Shown: piece after piece, positions 17,701 to 27,414 of the stretch | Layout of the letters: each line of letters begins with the position of its first letter | Position numbering within the stretch: position 1 is the stretch's first letter | DNA from: a candidate division FCPU426 bacterium | GTDB taxonomy: Bacteria > Oederibacteriota > Muellerivitia > Muellerivitales > Muellerivitaceae | Reading direction: 5' to 3' | Assembly (NCBI GenBank): GCA_963847625.1 | Contig: CAWKAR010000024.1 | Location: 32,001 to 96,000, forward strand | DNA: 64,000 nt | Notes under the pieces: generated by a model | Databases searched by the model: none | Told to the model about the DNA's origin: nothing | The model's input: only the letters and a program-made list of their open reading frames with translations | Made by a program: the position numbers and the translations under genes

Positions 17701-18755
17701 CCCGAGTTCCATAAGTAAGTGCAACACTTAGTGTCTGAAGAAGGCCGCATGAATAGGATATGCGGCTATGAAAAAGAAATACAAGCATTTAAGCGTTGAA
17801 GAAAGAGATCATTTATCCGTCTTGAAAGGAAAGGGTCTTAGCCTTCGAGCAATTTCACGCGCCTTGAAGAGGTCTCCTTCCACCCTCTCCAGGGAACTCA
17901 AGCGCAATGCTCCCCCTATCCGTTCTGGTTATTATCTTTCTCATCGAGCCCATCAACGGTATGTTGACCGCAACCAACAACGAGCACGCCGTTTACGCCT
18001 GAAAACAAAACGAATTCGTGCCTACGTCCGTCGTCAATTGAAACGAGGCTGGTCTCCAGAACTCATTTCAGGTCGATTAGGTCACCTACGGCCTAAGCAA
18101 ACCATTGGTCCTGAAGCTATCTATCAGTGGGTTTATGCTGAAGCCACTGAGCTGATTCCTTGCCTAGTTCGACACCACCGGCGACGATTCTCATTTGGCC
18201 ATAGCCGTAAGCACGCCAAAAACCATATCCCAGGCCGTGTTTCCATCGATAAGCGCTCCGAGATCGCCAATCAACGCAAGCAATTCGGCCATTGGGAAAC
18301 CGACACCATGGTCTCTCGTCAGAGTAAAGTTGCTATGCGGGCTCTCGTCGAGCGTCAAAGCCGTTTTTCCAAGTTGGGAAAGCTCAAACGAAAGACCGCT
18401 CGCCAAATGAGTCATAGCCTCAACCGCGCTTTATGCCGCTTCCCTCAAGACGCCCGCCTGAGTCTGACCTATGACAACGGAACCGAAAACACCAACCACT
18501 TGGAAACCAACCACGTGCTTGGTACAAAATCCTTTTTCTGCGCCCCTTTCCACAGTTGGGAAAAAGGTACGGTGGAAAATACTATCGGTCTTGTCCGCCG
18601 CCATTTGCCTAAAAAGACTGATCTTGCTAAAGTGTCCTTCAAAGAATTCAGGACCATAGAAAGATGGCTCAATAACAGGCCCAGGAAATGTTTGGGCTTT
18701 AAAACTCCGGCGGAAGTCTTCCGGCGAAGTGTTGCACTTACTCCGTGAATTCGGC
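17701..18755 (+). mobile_element. IS30-family insertion sequence copy 2
   Basis: Same ends and length as copy 1; AGT target duplication. Confidence 0.95.
17768..18748 (+). CDS. IS30-family transposase
   Basis: Protein identical to 6038-7018. Confidence 0.97.
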   Translation: MKKKYKHLSVEERDHLSVLKGKGLSLRAISRALKRSPSTLSRELKRNAPPIRSGYYLSHRAHQRYVDRNQQRARRLRLKTKRIRAYVRRQLKRGWSPELISGRLGHLRPKQTIGPEAIYQWVYAEATELIPCLVRHHRRRFSFGHSRKHAKNHIPGRVSIDKRSEIANQRKQFGHWETDTMVSRQSKVAMRALVERQSRFSKLGKLKRKTARQMSHSLNRALCRFPQDARLSLTYDNGTENTNHLETNHVLGTKSFFCAPFHSWEKGTVENTIGLVRRHLPKKTDLAKVSFKEFRTIERWLNNRPRKCLGFKTPAEVFRRSVALTP

Positions 18756-18760
18756 AGTTC

Positions 18761-20194
18761 TTATTCTTCGGCTTTTTTTCTTTTGGGCATAGCGGAGGGT
18801 TGGTAATCGAAAAACTCCCCCACCTTGGTGCGGGAAAGTTTTCCCGAGAGGTGAAACCCTTCCAGCACGAATTCCACGCAGGAGGCCTGGTAGACCTCGG
18901 AATTCTTCCCGTTCAAGTGGTGCACGGGTTCCCAGATCTGCGGTAGCTGCGAAATGATGTTTTTGTACTCACGCGAGGGTGTCAATTCCGAGATGCGGAT
19001 GTGCTTGTCCCCGGACATGTCGGGGACGCCGATCTCCAGATGGCCCCGGTCCATATGCTCCTTGAACACCTGGGCCACGGCCTTGTCCATGATCTTACTG
19101 AAAACCTGGAACTCGGTGACGGTTTCCTCGCGGAAGGGGTCCAACTCGATCTTGCCAGCGGAGGAGGTGTAAAGGTAGTTCAGGTCCGACATGCGGGGTA
19201 CCGCCTCTTTTTCACCCAGGACGTAGGCCCGGCGCCTGGCGTTGGCGATCATGGTCTCATAGTTAGCGATGGAAAGCCTGGCCGAGACCCCCGATTTCTG
19301 GTTGACGTAGGGGCTCCGGCGGGCTTCCAGGGTGATCTGTTCGATGACCTCGGCCATGAAATCCGGGATGGTGAGCTTGACCTCCTCGTCGGTGGGCACC
19401 CGGGCTTCCTGGTGGACGATCTTCAGGCCCATTTCCCGCGTCAGGGGATAATGGGTCCTGATTTCCGCCCCGATGCGGTCCTTGAGCTGGGTGATGATCT
19501 TGCCCGCGCGCGTGTATTCCTCGGGGTTGGCGGTGAACATGAGGATGATATCCAGGTTGAACCTTAAGGGATAACCGCGGATCTGGATGTCGCGCTCCTC
19601 CAAGATGTTGAAGAGGGCCACCTGGACCAGGTATTCCAGATCGGGGAGTTCGTTCACCGCGAATAGTCCGCGGTTCGTGCGGGGGATGAGGCCGAAGTGG
19701 ATGGCTTCCTCGCTGGCCAGGGGGTTGCCCGCGGCCACCTTGGCCGGGTCCAGGTCCCCGATCAAGTCGGCGATCTTGGTGCCGGGGGAGAGGCGTTCGC
19801 TGTAACGCCTGTCCCGGCCGATCCATTCGATCTCCAGGTTTTTTCCGTGTTCCGCCAATTTCTTCCGGCAGGAACTGCAGATGGGATGGTAGGGGTGGTC
19901 ATTGATCTCGCATCCCTTCACGATGGGAATTTCCTCGTCCAGGAACTGCACCAGGGAACGCATGAGGCGGCTTTTGGCCTGGCCCTTCTCCCCCAAAAAC
20001 ACGATGTCGTGGTGGGAAAGCAGGGCGTTCACCATCTGGGGAATGACCGTCTCGTCAAAACCGTGGATCAGGGGAAAGAGGGGTTCGCCCGTTTTCAACT
20101 TATTAATGAGATTTCGTTCCAGCTCTTCTTTAACGGAAAAATCGGGATATTGGGATTCCCTGAGTTCGCCCAGGGTGGATGACTTGTTCGGCAT
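18761..20194 (-). CDS. Magnesium-chelatase-like AAA+ ATPase
   Basis: GEKGQAKS Walker A variant, RTNRGLFAVNELPDL, FTANPEEYTRAGKIITQLKDR. Confidence 0.9.
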   Translation of the reverse strand: MPNKSSTLGELRESQYPDFSVKEELERNLINKLKTGEPLFPLIHGFDETVIPQMVNALLSHHDIVFLGEKGQAKSRLMRSLVQFLDEEIPIVKGCEINDHPYHPICSSCRKKLAEHGKNLEIEWIGRDRRYSERLSPGTKIADLIGDLDPAKVAAGNPLASEEAIHFGLIPRTNRGLFAVNELPDLEYLVQVALFNILEERDIQIRGYPLRFNLDIILMFTANPEEYTRAGKIITQLKDRIGAEIRTHYPLTREMGLKIVHQEARVPTDEEVKLTIPDFMAEVIEQITLEARRSPYVNQKSGVSARLSIANYETMIANARRRAYVLGEKEAVPRMSDLNYLYTSSAGKIELDPFREETVTEFQVFSKIMDKAVAQVFKEHMDRGHLEIGVPDMSGDKHIRISELTPSREYKNIISQLPQIWEPVHHLNGKNSEVYQASCVEFVLEGFHLSGKLSRTKVGEFFDYQPSAMPKRKKAEE

Positions 20195-20378
20195 GGGGGT
20201 TCCTTTAATATGCGACCTTAAAGATTAATATTACGATTCGAACTGGAGGGGAAGCAAGGGGTAGGAAGATGATGGAAACGGATCGTTGGTTTAGTCAAGG
20301 ATACCTTCGTTGGAAACCCCATATCAAACGATTCCCTTTGCCCGTAAACTTGAAAAAGAAGCGCTGGTGGATGTACTT

Positions 20379-20512
20379 TAGAGATTGCTGAAAAAGTCCA
20401 AAGATCAGACTTTTGTCAGCGAACGACATTTATGGTAACCCCACGATTCCCGCGGAATCTTTGGGGTCAGAGGCTGCTTTGTAGCACTATTTTAATTTTT
20501 CGGCAGCCTCTA
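20379..20512. mobile_element. MITE-like element
   Basis: Termini TAGAGATTGCTGAAAAA / TTTTTCGGCAGCCTCTA; related copy at 28954-29173. Confidence 0.7.
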
Positions 20513-20568
20513 CTTTAAGTTAAAATCAATGCGTCCCATCCGTTTCCAATACCCGTAAGGAAAAACCC

Positions 20569-22176
20569 GTGCCGGAAATAACCGAACCGCCCTCACCCGC
20601 CTTTTTGTCCCTGGAACCCAGGGTGACCCTGGTCAACGCCTTCACCAAACCTTTCGACAACGCGGTGGCGACCGCCCGGACTTGTTATTCCAGCAAAGGC
20701 ATCATTTCCACCGAGCAGGTGGCCGGCGCCGGCCTGGAGGGGGAAAAGCTGGAGGAACGCCGGCAAAAGCGCGACGACTTGGCCCGCTCCATCTACGAGG
20801 CTGGGCACCACACGACCTTCCAGCACGCCTATTTCCAATTCGCCCTGGAAAACGTGTCCCGGCAGTTCATCTGGAGCTTCCTGCACAGCCATCCCTTCTA
20901 CAATTCCGAGCAGGTTTCCCAGCGTTACGTGACGGTGGACCCCTCCCAGATCGCCATGCCCCCCTTGACCGGCGAGGCCTCCGCCCTCTACCGGGACACG
21001 GTTTCGTTCCAGACCCAGAGCTACCTTTCCCTGACCGGGAAACTCAAGCCCCTGGCCGGGCGGGAATACCAGGCCCGGTTCAAGCACGCGGAACTGCGGG
21101 GCAAGCAGGCCCTGACCGACATTCAGAAAAAATCCCAGGAAGTGGCGCGGTACGTCCTGCCGGTGGCCACCTTCGCCTTCCTTTACCACACAGTTTCCGC
21201 GCTCACTCTCATGCGCTACTGGAGGCTAAGCCAAACTTTCGACGCCCCTTTGGAGCAGAGGATCGTGGTTGGAAAGATGGTAGAGGCGGTCCTGAAACAC
21301 GCGCCCGAGTACAAGGCCATCCTGGAGGAACCCCTGGATTTCGAGACCACCCCCGAGGCCCAGATGTGCGCGGAGTTCCAAAGGGCGGAAGGGAGCCCGA
21401 AAACCTTCCGGGCGGAATTCGACGCATCCCTCGGGCCCTACACCTCCAAACTGGTGGATTATTCCAAGGAAGGGGAAAAAATACTGGCCTCTTCCGTCCG
21501 GGAACTGTTCGGCCTGGCAGCCTCGGAGCTTTCCGATGACGAGGCCATCCTCATGGCCCTGGACCCGTCCAGGAACAAATACCTGGGGGAAACCCTGAAT
21601 GTCACCACCCACAGCAAGCTTTCCCGTGCGCTGTTCCATCCCCATTACACCTTCCGGAAGAAAATTTCGCATACGGCGGATTCCCAGGACCAGCGGCACC
21701 GCATGACCCCGGCCTCCAGGCCCATCCTGCACGCCCTCTCCCTGGAGGAGCCCGACTATGTCCTGCCGGTGCTGTTGCGGGAAGAACCCTCTCTGGCCCT
21801 GGAATACGGCCAGGTTATGGAGCGCATTTGGGACTCCATCGGGAAACTGCGCCGGCTGGGTGTTTCCAAGGAATTCGCCTCCTATCTCCTGCCCAACGCC
21901 GTGGCATTGAGGTTCACCGAGTCCGCCGACCTGCTGAACCTGCACCACAAGCACGCCATGAGACTTTGCTACAACGCCCAGGAGGAAATTTGGAAGGCCT
22001 CGGTGGACGAGGCCCTCCAGGTGCGGGAAGTGCACCCCCGCATCGGGAAATGGCTTCTTCCCCCCTGCGGACTCCGGAGCCGGGCCGGGACCCAGCCCAC
22101 CTGCCCGGAAGGGGACCGCTTCTGCGGGGTGCCGGTCTGGAAAAAGGATTTGAGGGAATACCAAAGGGTGATTTGA
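20569..22176 (+). CDS. thyX: FAD-dependent thymidylate synthase (tandem Thy1 domains)
   Basis: AGHHTTFQH, SEQVSQRY, EVARYVLP, SQDQRHRM, RLCYNAQEEI. Confidence 0.9.
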   Translation: MPEITEPPSPAFLSLEPRVTLVNAFTKPFDNAVATARTCYSSKGIISTEQVAGAGLEGEKLEERRQKRDDLARSIYEAGHHTTFQHAYFQFALENVSRQFIWSFLHSHPFYNSEQVSQRYVTVDPSQIAMPPLTGEASALYRDTVSFQTQSYLSLTGKLKPLAGREYQARFKHAELRGKQALTDIQKKSQEVARYVLPVATFAFLYHTVSALTLMRYWRLSQTFDAPLEQRIVVGKMVEAVLKHAPEYKAILEEPLDFETTPEAQMCAEFQRAEGSPKTFRAEFDASLGPYTSKLVDYSKEGEKILASSVRELFGLAASELSDDEAILMALDPSRNKYLGETLNVTTHSKLSRALFHPHYTFRKKISHTADSQDQRHRMTPASRPILHALSLEEPDYVLPVLLREEPSLALEYGQVMERIWDSIGKLRRLGVSKEFASYLLPNAVALRFTESADLLNLHHKHAMRLCYNAQEEIWKASVDEALQVREVHPRIGKWLLPPCGLRSRAGTQPTCPEGDRFCGVPVWKKDLREYQRVI

Positions 22177-22229
22177 GGGAAGTGGTAGGGTTTGTAGTTA
22201 GAAAATCTAAGTTAAAGTTTTGTTTAGTT

Positions 22230-22377
22230 GTCATTGCGAGGAGTGGCTGCCGAATAGGCGGCCGATTACGACGAAGCAACCTCAGTTTAAATAAGCTTTA
22301 AGCAGACTTAAATCGAACAACGAACTGGGGTCGCCACGCACCTAACCGCGCCGATTGGCGCAGGTGCTCGCGATGAC
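22230..22377. repeat. GTCATTGCGAG..CTCGCGATGAC palindromic element
   Basis: Same family as 13591 and 17471. Confidence 0.8.
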
Positions 22378-22413
22378 ACATTTAAGTTATTTTTTTCTGG
22401 GAGGTTATCCAAA

Positions 22414-22917
22414 ATGAAAAAGCGTGAACTGGGTTGGAAGAAAATACTTTTCGTCACCCTCGTTTTATCGGCCTTCGTCGCGGCCATGGCCTCTTTCATC
22501 CCATCCTCCCAGGCCGCATCATCCCCCGTGCCCTCGGCGAAACTTACAAAATACCTAAAACTTTGGGCTTATGAAAAAGGGGATGATTTTATAGGGACGG
22601 TCGGAGGCATCTTCGACGAGAACCGGAAAAAAATAGTCCTGAAGTGCGCCCTCAAGAACCTGACCGGGAAGGAAATCCACGGCGTCCGGGGCGTCTTGCG
22701 GTTTACCACGCTCTTCGGGGAGTACATCTGCGATTGGACCCTTGAATCCACGACAGTGGTTCCCCCAGGTGAGACGGCCGGGGTGGACTGGAAAGCGGGA
22801 ATCGAGCGCTTCACGAAGAAGGGGCTCGCGACTTTCGAGAAACTTAAACTGGGGGAAATGCGACAGATTTGGTACCCCTCCATGATCGTCTTCTCCGACG
22901 GGACCATTGCAAAGTAA
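22414..22917 (+). CDS. Hypothetical exported protein
   Basis: GGAGG RBS, signal peptide, ends IVFSDGT. Confidence 0.75.
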   Translation: MKKRELGWKKILFVTLVLSAFVAAMASFIPSSQAASSPVPSAKLTKYLKLWAYEKGDDFIGTVGGIFDENRKKIVLKCALKNLTGKEIHGVRGVLRFTTLFGEYICDWTLESTTVVPPGETAGVDWKAGIERFTKKGLATFEKLKLGEMRQIWYPSMIVFSDGTIAK

Positions 22918-23034
22918 AATGATAAATTTCAAATTTTTAATTTTGAATGATCGTGATTTTCACGTTGTGAAAACAGTTATTTTTCAAAGTTCAACCTGCG
23001 GAATCCGAAACGGCCATTGCAGGTTTCCGGGTTC

Positions 23035-23757
23035 ATGAAACCTTCTCGGCTCGTCCTATTCGACATCGACGGTACCCTCCTGTCCACCGCGCGCCAGGCC
23101 TGGGAAGACCCTTTCAAGGACGCCATGGTCCAGGCTTTCGCCGAGGCGGGGGACCCCCGCGTCATCGACACCTCCAAATACCGCCCCGGCGGGAAAACCG
23201 ACACCCAAATCATCTTTGAGATCCTCAGCCAGAACTCCATTGAGCCCGAACGCATCAAAACCTTGCTCCCCAGGGTCCGGGAAAAGTACCTGGATTACTT
23301 GAGGGGAATCATCGAGGGGAATCCCGGGTATGTGACCCTCAAACCGGGGGCGCTGGAACTTTTAGAGGATCTCCACCGGCGAAGCGAGGTGGTTTTGGGG
23401 CTTCTCACGGGCAATTTCGAGGAGGGGGCGCGCATCAAGCTGGGCGCCAAGGGCCTGAACGGTTATTTTTCCTTCGGGGCCTTCGGCGAGAACGCCTTCC
23501 AGCGGGCGGATCTGCCCCAAAGGGCGCTGGATGCGGCCGAGAAAAAGCATGGCCACAGGTTTTCCAAGAAAGAAATCGTCATCATCGGGGACACGCCCAA
23601 CGACATCCTTTGCGGCCGCCACCTGCAGGTGCGCACCCTGGCGGTGGCGACCGGCCCCTACACGGTGGAGCAGTTGGAAGCCGAAAAACCGGATTTTGTT
23701 TTTCCCAATTTTTTGGAGAGGGAAAAGGTGATAGAGGCCATTTTAAATCATCTATAA
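23035..23757 (+). CDS. HAD-superfamily hydrolase
   Basis: LFDIDGTLL, LLTGN, IGDTPND. Confidence 0.92.
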   Translation: MKPSRLVLFDIDGTLLSTARQAWEDPFKDAMVQAFAEAGDPRVIDTSKYRPGGKTDTQIIFEILSQNSIEPERIKTLLPRVREKYLDYLRGIIEGNPGYVTLKPGALELLEDLHRRSEVVLGLLTGNFEEGARIKLGAKGLNGYFSFGAFGENAFQRADLPQRALDAAEKKHGHRFSKKEIVIIGDTPNDILCGRHLQVRTLAVATGPYTVEQLEAEKPDFVFPNFLEREKVIEAILNHL

Positions 23758-23774
23758 TCACGAAAATGGTTAAA

Positions 23775-23873
23775 GGCATTATTTAAACTGGGGTTGCACG
23801 TTGGCCCTTGGGCCAACTACTTCAAGCTTCGTCATAAACGCCCGCCTATTCGGCGGGCATTTCTCGCAATGAC
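23775..23873 (-). repeat. Inverted half copy of the 13591 element
   Basis: Reverse complement matches 13591-13718 including part of the TTGGCC insert. Confidence 0.75.
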
Positions 23874-24083
23874 ATAAAAATGGTAAGTATCCCTTTACAA
23901 CAAGTAAAAGCAAAAAGACATGGAACCGCCGATCAAATCCGATGGACGCCGATAAGTTTGAGAAAGCCTTAAACTATAAGCCGTTATCGGCACGTGCGGA
24001 GCACGTCGGTCGTTATCTGCGGTAAAAAAATTTCTTTACGTGTCGTGAAGGTATAGTCACCTAAAATATTATGAGGGTATTCC

Positions 24084-24917
24084 ATGAATCTTAAAATCAA
24101 ACTCGCGCACAGCCCGGACTCGGATGACGCTTTCATGTTCTACGGGCTGGCGAAGGGGAAAATCGACACCGAGGGCGTCCAGTACGAGCATGTGCTCAAG
24201 GATATCCAAACCCTCAACGACTGGGCCAAGGAAGGCCGCATGGAAGTGACCGCCCTCTCGGCCCATGCCTACGCCTACGTGAAAGACAAGTACGCTATCC
24301 TCACCCACGGGGGAAGCATCGGCAAGAACTATGGGCCCATGGTGGTGGCCAAGACGGCCCTGCCCATCGACCAACTGCGCGGAAAGACCATCGCGGTGCC
24401 GGGAAAACTGACCAGCGCCTACCTGGCCTTGAGGCTGTGTTTGCCTGAGTTCAAGGAAGTTGTCGTGGATTTTGAGAGGATCATGGACCTGGTGGCCCAA
24501 GGCAAGGTGGACGCGGGCCTGCTCATCCACGAGGGCCAGCTGACTTACCAGGAAAAGTGCCTGCACATGGTGCTGGAGCTGGGGGAATGGTGGTATCAAA
24601 AGACCGGTTTGCCCTTGCCGATGGGCTTGAACGCCATCCGGAAAGACCTGGACGCGGATTTAAAGAAGAAGGTCTCGAAACACCTGAAAAATTCCATTGA
24701 GTACTCCCTGGCGCACCGGGAGGAAGCCCTGGATTACGCCCTGGCCTTCGGCCGCGGGCTTTCCCGGGATGTGGCCGACCGCTTCGTCGGGATGTGGGTC
24801 AACGAGAGGACCGTGGACATGGGCGAAGAAGGGAAAAAGGCCATCCGGCAATTCCTGGGAGAGGGCGCCGACAAGCAACTTGTTCCGCCCATCGGCGACA
24901 TCGAGTTTGTGGATTAA
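24084..24917 (+). CDS. mqnD: 1,4-dihydroxy-6-naphthoate synthase (futalosine menaquinone pathway)
   Basis: AHSPDSDDAFMFY, DIQTLN, LLIHEGQLTY, LPLPMG. Confidence 0.9.
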   Translation: MNLKIKLAHSPDSDDAFMFYGLAKGKIDTEGVQYEHVLKDIQTLNDWAKEGRMEVTALSAHAYAYVKDKYAILTHGGSIGKNYGPMVVAKTALPIDQLRGKTIAVPGKLTSAYLALRLCLPEFKEVVVDFERIMDLVAQGKVDAGLLIHEGQLTYQEKCLHMVLELGEWWYQKTGLPLPMGLNAIRKDLDADLKKKVSKHLKNSIEYSLAHREEALDYALAFGRGLSRDVADRFVGMWVNERTVDMGEEGKKAIRQFLGEGADKQLVPPIGDIEFVD

Positions 24918-24995
24918 AAGATTCTAAATAAAACGAGGGAACAGAGATAATCAATAAAATTCTTGAATCTAAAAAAGTTAGGCAAATGCAAATAT

Positions 24996-25150
24996 TAGCC
25001 ACGGATTCAGGGGATTCATTTAGATAGGCCAAAGCATTCATGAAAGGGTATAAATGAACGGATTCGACTCCTGTTGGCCGCTCACCGCAGGTTTCAAATT
25101 CTCAATTTTAAGTTTTAAGCAATCCCATTTATCCCATGCATCCGTGGCTA
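24996..25150. repeat. TAGCCACGGAT..ATCCGTGGCTA palindromic element
   Basis: Perfect 11-bp terminal IR; lacks the two inserts seen in the 15274 element. Confidence 0.8.
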
Positions 25151-25160
25151 GAGATTATTT

Positions 25161-25541
25161 TTGATTTTGATGGAGGAAATCTTGAAGCGGAAACCCGAAG
25201 GCTCATGGAACCTTTACATCGCCGAGTGCGCCGACGGGTCCTTTTACACGGGCATCGCCAAGGACGTGGAAAAGCGCATCGAGGCCCATAATACCGGGAA
25301 AGGAAGCAAGTACACCGCCACCCACTCCCCCGTCAGGCTGGTTTTCCAGGAACCCCAGGCCGATTATTCGGCGGCCCTGAGAAGGGAATACCAGATCAAG
25401 AGCCTGCCCAAGGAACGCAAGACCACTTTTATCGCCGGGGAAAGCCTGCCCCAGCCCTCCGAAAAGGCAAAAATGTCCTTCGCGCGAAAACAAAGGCGCA
25501 GGAAACGCCGCCAGAAAAACAAGCGCAAGAGGAACCAATGA
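25161..25541 (+). CDS. GIY-YIG nuclease (UPF0213-like)
   Basis: LYIAECADGSFYTG, RIEAHNTGKGSKYT, ALRREYQIK. Confidence 0.9.
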   Translation: MILMEEILKRKPEGSWNLYIAECADGSFYTGIAKDVEKRIEAHNTGKGSKYTATHSPVRLVFQEPQADYSAALRREYQIKSLPKERKTTFIAGESLPQPSEKAKMSFARKQRRRKRRQKNKRKRNQ

Positions 25542-26317
25542 CACAACCTCCCCTGGAAGTGGGCGCGGCCCTGATTTACAAGGACGGCCGGTACCTCATT
25601 ACCCAGCGAAAACCGGATGATTCCTTCGGGGGTTTTTGGGAGCTCCCGGGGGGAAAAAAAGAACCCACGGAAACCCTGAGGCAATGCATCGTCCGGGAGA
25701 TCAAGGAAGAACTGGATCTCGAGGTGGAAGTCCTGAAGTTCTACAAGATCGTCAACTACCACTACACCGCGCGGACCGTGAGGCTCAACATCTTCCTTTG
25801 CCGCATCGTCGGGGGCGAACCCAAGAAAATCGAGGTCGCCGATTTCGCCTGGGCCCTGCCCCAGGAACTTTCCAAATTCAATTTTCCAGATGCCGACCAG
25901 ACCCTTATCCGGGAATTGGCCGGAAAGGACTGGGAAGCGGAGAATAAAGCCCCCTATCCCCACGAATACCTGGAGGGAATCCGGCTTTTCAACAAGGGGG
26001 AATATTTCGAGTGCCACGAGATGGTCGAGGATATCTGGAAGAGGTCCGAGGGGCTGGATCAACAGCATTACCAGGGGATCATCCAGTTGGCGGTCGCCTT
26101 GAACCATTACCAGAACGGCAATTTCCAAGGGGCCATGGGGCTTTACGGGAAAGCCTGCGAGAAATGGGACCGCCTGCCCGCCAATTACATGGGTCTTGAT
26201 TTGAAGGCCCTCAGGGAAAAAGCGGATGCCTTCTTCGGGCAAGTCCAAAAAGCCGGAGCCCATGGCATGGGGCAGGTAGATTTGAACCTTGCGCCGAGAA
26301 TTCCCAAGCCGGTTTGA
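25538..26317 (+). CDS. MutT-like NUDIX hydrolase fused to DUF309
   Basis: WELPGGKKE..REIKEEL Nudix box; GIRLFNKGEYFECHEMVEDIW and YQGIIQLAVALNH. Confidence 0.88.
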   Translation: MTQPPLEVGAALIYKDGRYLITQRKPDDSFGGFWELPGGKKEPTETLRQCIVREIKEELDLEVEVLKFYKIVNYHYTARTVRLNIFLCRIVGGEPKKIEVADFAWALPQELSKFNFPDADQTLIRELAGKDWEAENKAPYPHEYLEGIRLFNKGEYFECHEMVEDIWKRSEGLDQQHYQGIIQLAVALNHYQNGNFQGAMGLYGKACEKWDRLPANYMGLDLKALREKADAFFGQVQKAGAHGMGQVDLNLAPRIPKPV

Positions 26318-26323
26318 GGCTTT

Positions 26324-27325
26324 TTAGAATGCCAATCCAATCCTTAAACCTGGCCCCCCGATAGGGTAAAAAGTAGTCCGTGGGCTATTATGGTATTCAG
26401 GATAACCGTATTGATCGTATGTATATGTTTCGCCATTATTATCGGAGTAAATGAAAAACCCGATACACCAATCCATCTCACAGTTCAGGTTGCCGGAATT
26501 GATAATTCCGAATCCGAATTTGAAATTGGGCAACAGCCAACTGGCGTTGTTGTACGGATCCAAGGAGTCCGTATAACTTCCAATATCGAAACCGAATCCC
26601 CAAAAAAAGGATAAGTCTTTGGGACTGCTATAAAACTTGATTCGTGGTTCAAAAGAAGAGTAATTATATTCACCCGCCGGAAGGTAACAAAAACTTAACC
26701 CAACATTTGTTCTCGGATCAAGGGAATAGCCAATATCCAGGCCGGTCAAGACCGGAGAACCGATAACCAATCCGATTTGGAACCGTTCATCGTCCCTCGC
26801 GAAATGGGCCATGCCAAAGTCGGCGACGTTTTTTTGTTCCCGTGTTAAGGTATGGGTCAATCCATACTGTCTCAAGGTTTCCTGGGATTCTGCCTGAAGA
26901 GAGACGCCGTCGTTGAACTGGTTGAGGGCAGAATCGGCGTCAGTCATTCCGCTTATGGCAGGATTTATTGAGGGAGGAGATGCAGACGAACCGGGATTGG
27001 GAGTGGCTTTTCGGATGGAGTCGGCAAAGCCTTGAAGTTTTGGATCGGGATGCAGCGCCAAAGCCCTGTCGTAAGCTGCCACAGCTTCAGGCCCTCGGTG
27101 GGTGAAGTAATAACAGTTCCCCAAATACACGTAAGCCGTCCAGTTGCCAGGATCCAATTTGATGGCGGTTTTGAATGAATCGATGGCTTGGATGTATTGC
27201 TTTTCTTGAAAGAAATTGAGGCCCGCTTGGAAATTTTTATCCGTGGTTTCGGCGCCCAAACAGGGATTGGCATTCCAGGTAAAAAATGAAAATAAAAGAA
27301 GGATTACGGGCAGATACTTTTTCAT
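26324..27325 (-). CDS. Secreted TPR protein with probable C-terminal beta-barrel
   Basis: Signal peptide, two TPRs, aromatic beta-strands, ends LRIGLAF. Confidence 0.75.
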   Translation of the reverse strand: MKKYLPVILLLFSFFTWNANPCLGAETTDKNFQAGLNFFQEKQYIQAIDSFKTAIKLDPGNWTAYVYLGNCYYFTHRGPEAVAAYDRALALHPDPKLQGFADSIRKATPNPGSSASPPSINPAISGMTDADSALNQFNDGVSLQAESQETLRQYGLTHTLTREQKNVADFGMAHFARDDERFQIGLVIGSPVLTGLDIGYSLDPRTNVGLSFCYLPAGEYNYSSFEPRIKFYSSPKDLSFFWGFGFDIGSYTDSLDPYNNASWLLPNFKFGFGIINSGNLNCEMDWCIGFFIYSDNNGETYTYDQYGYPEYHNSPRTTFYPIGGPGLRIGLAF

Positions 27326-27414
27326 GAATACCTCACTGAATTTGATGTAAAAACAAGAAAAGTATAATGCGATTGCGATGGGAGAATAGGACGAAAATGA
27401 TTAGGCCTTTTTTC

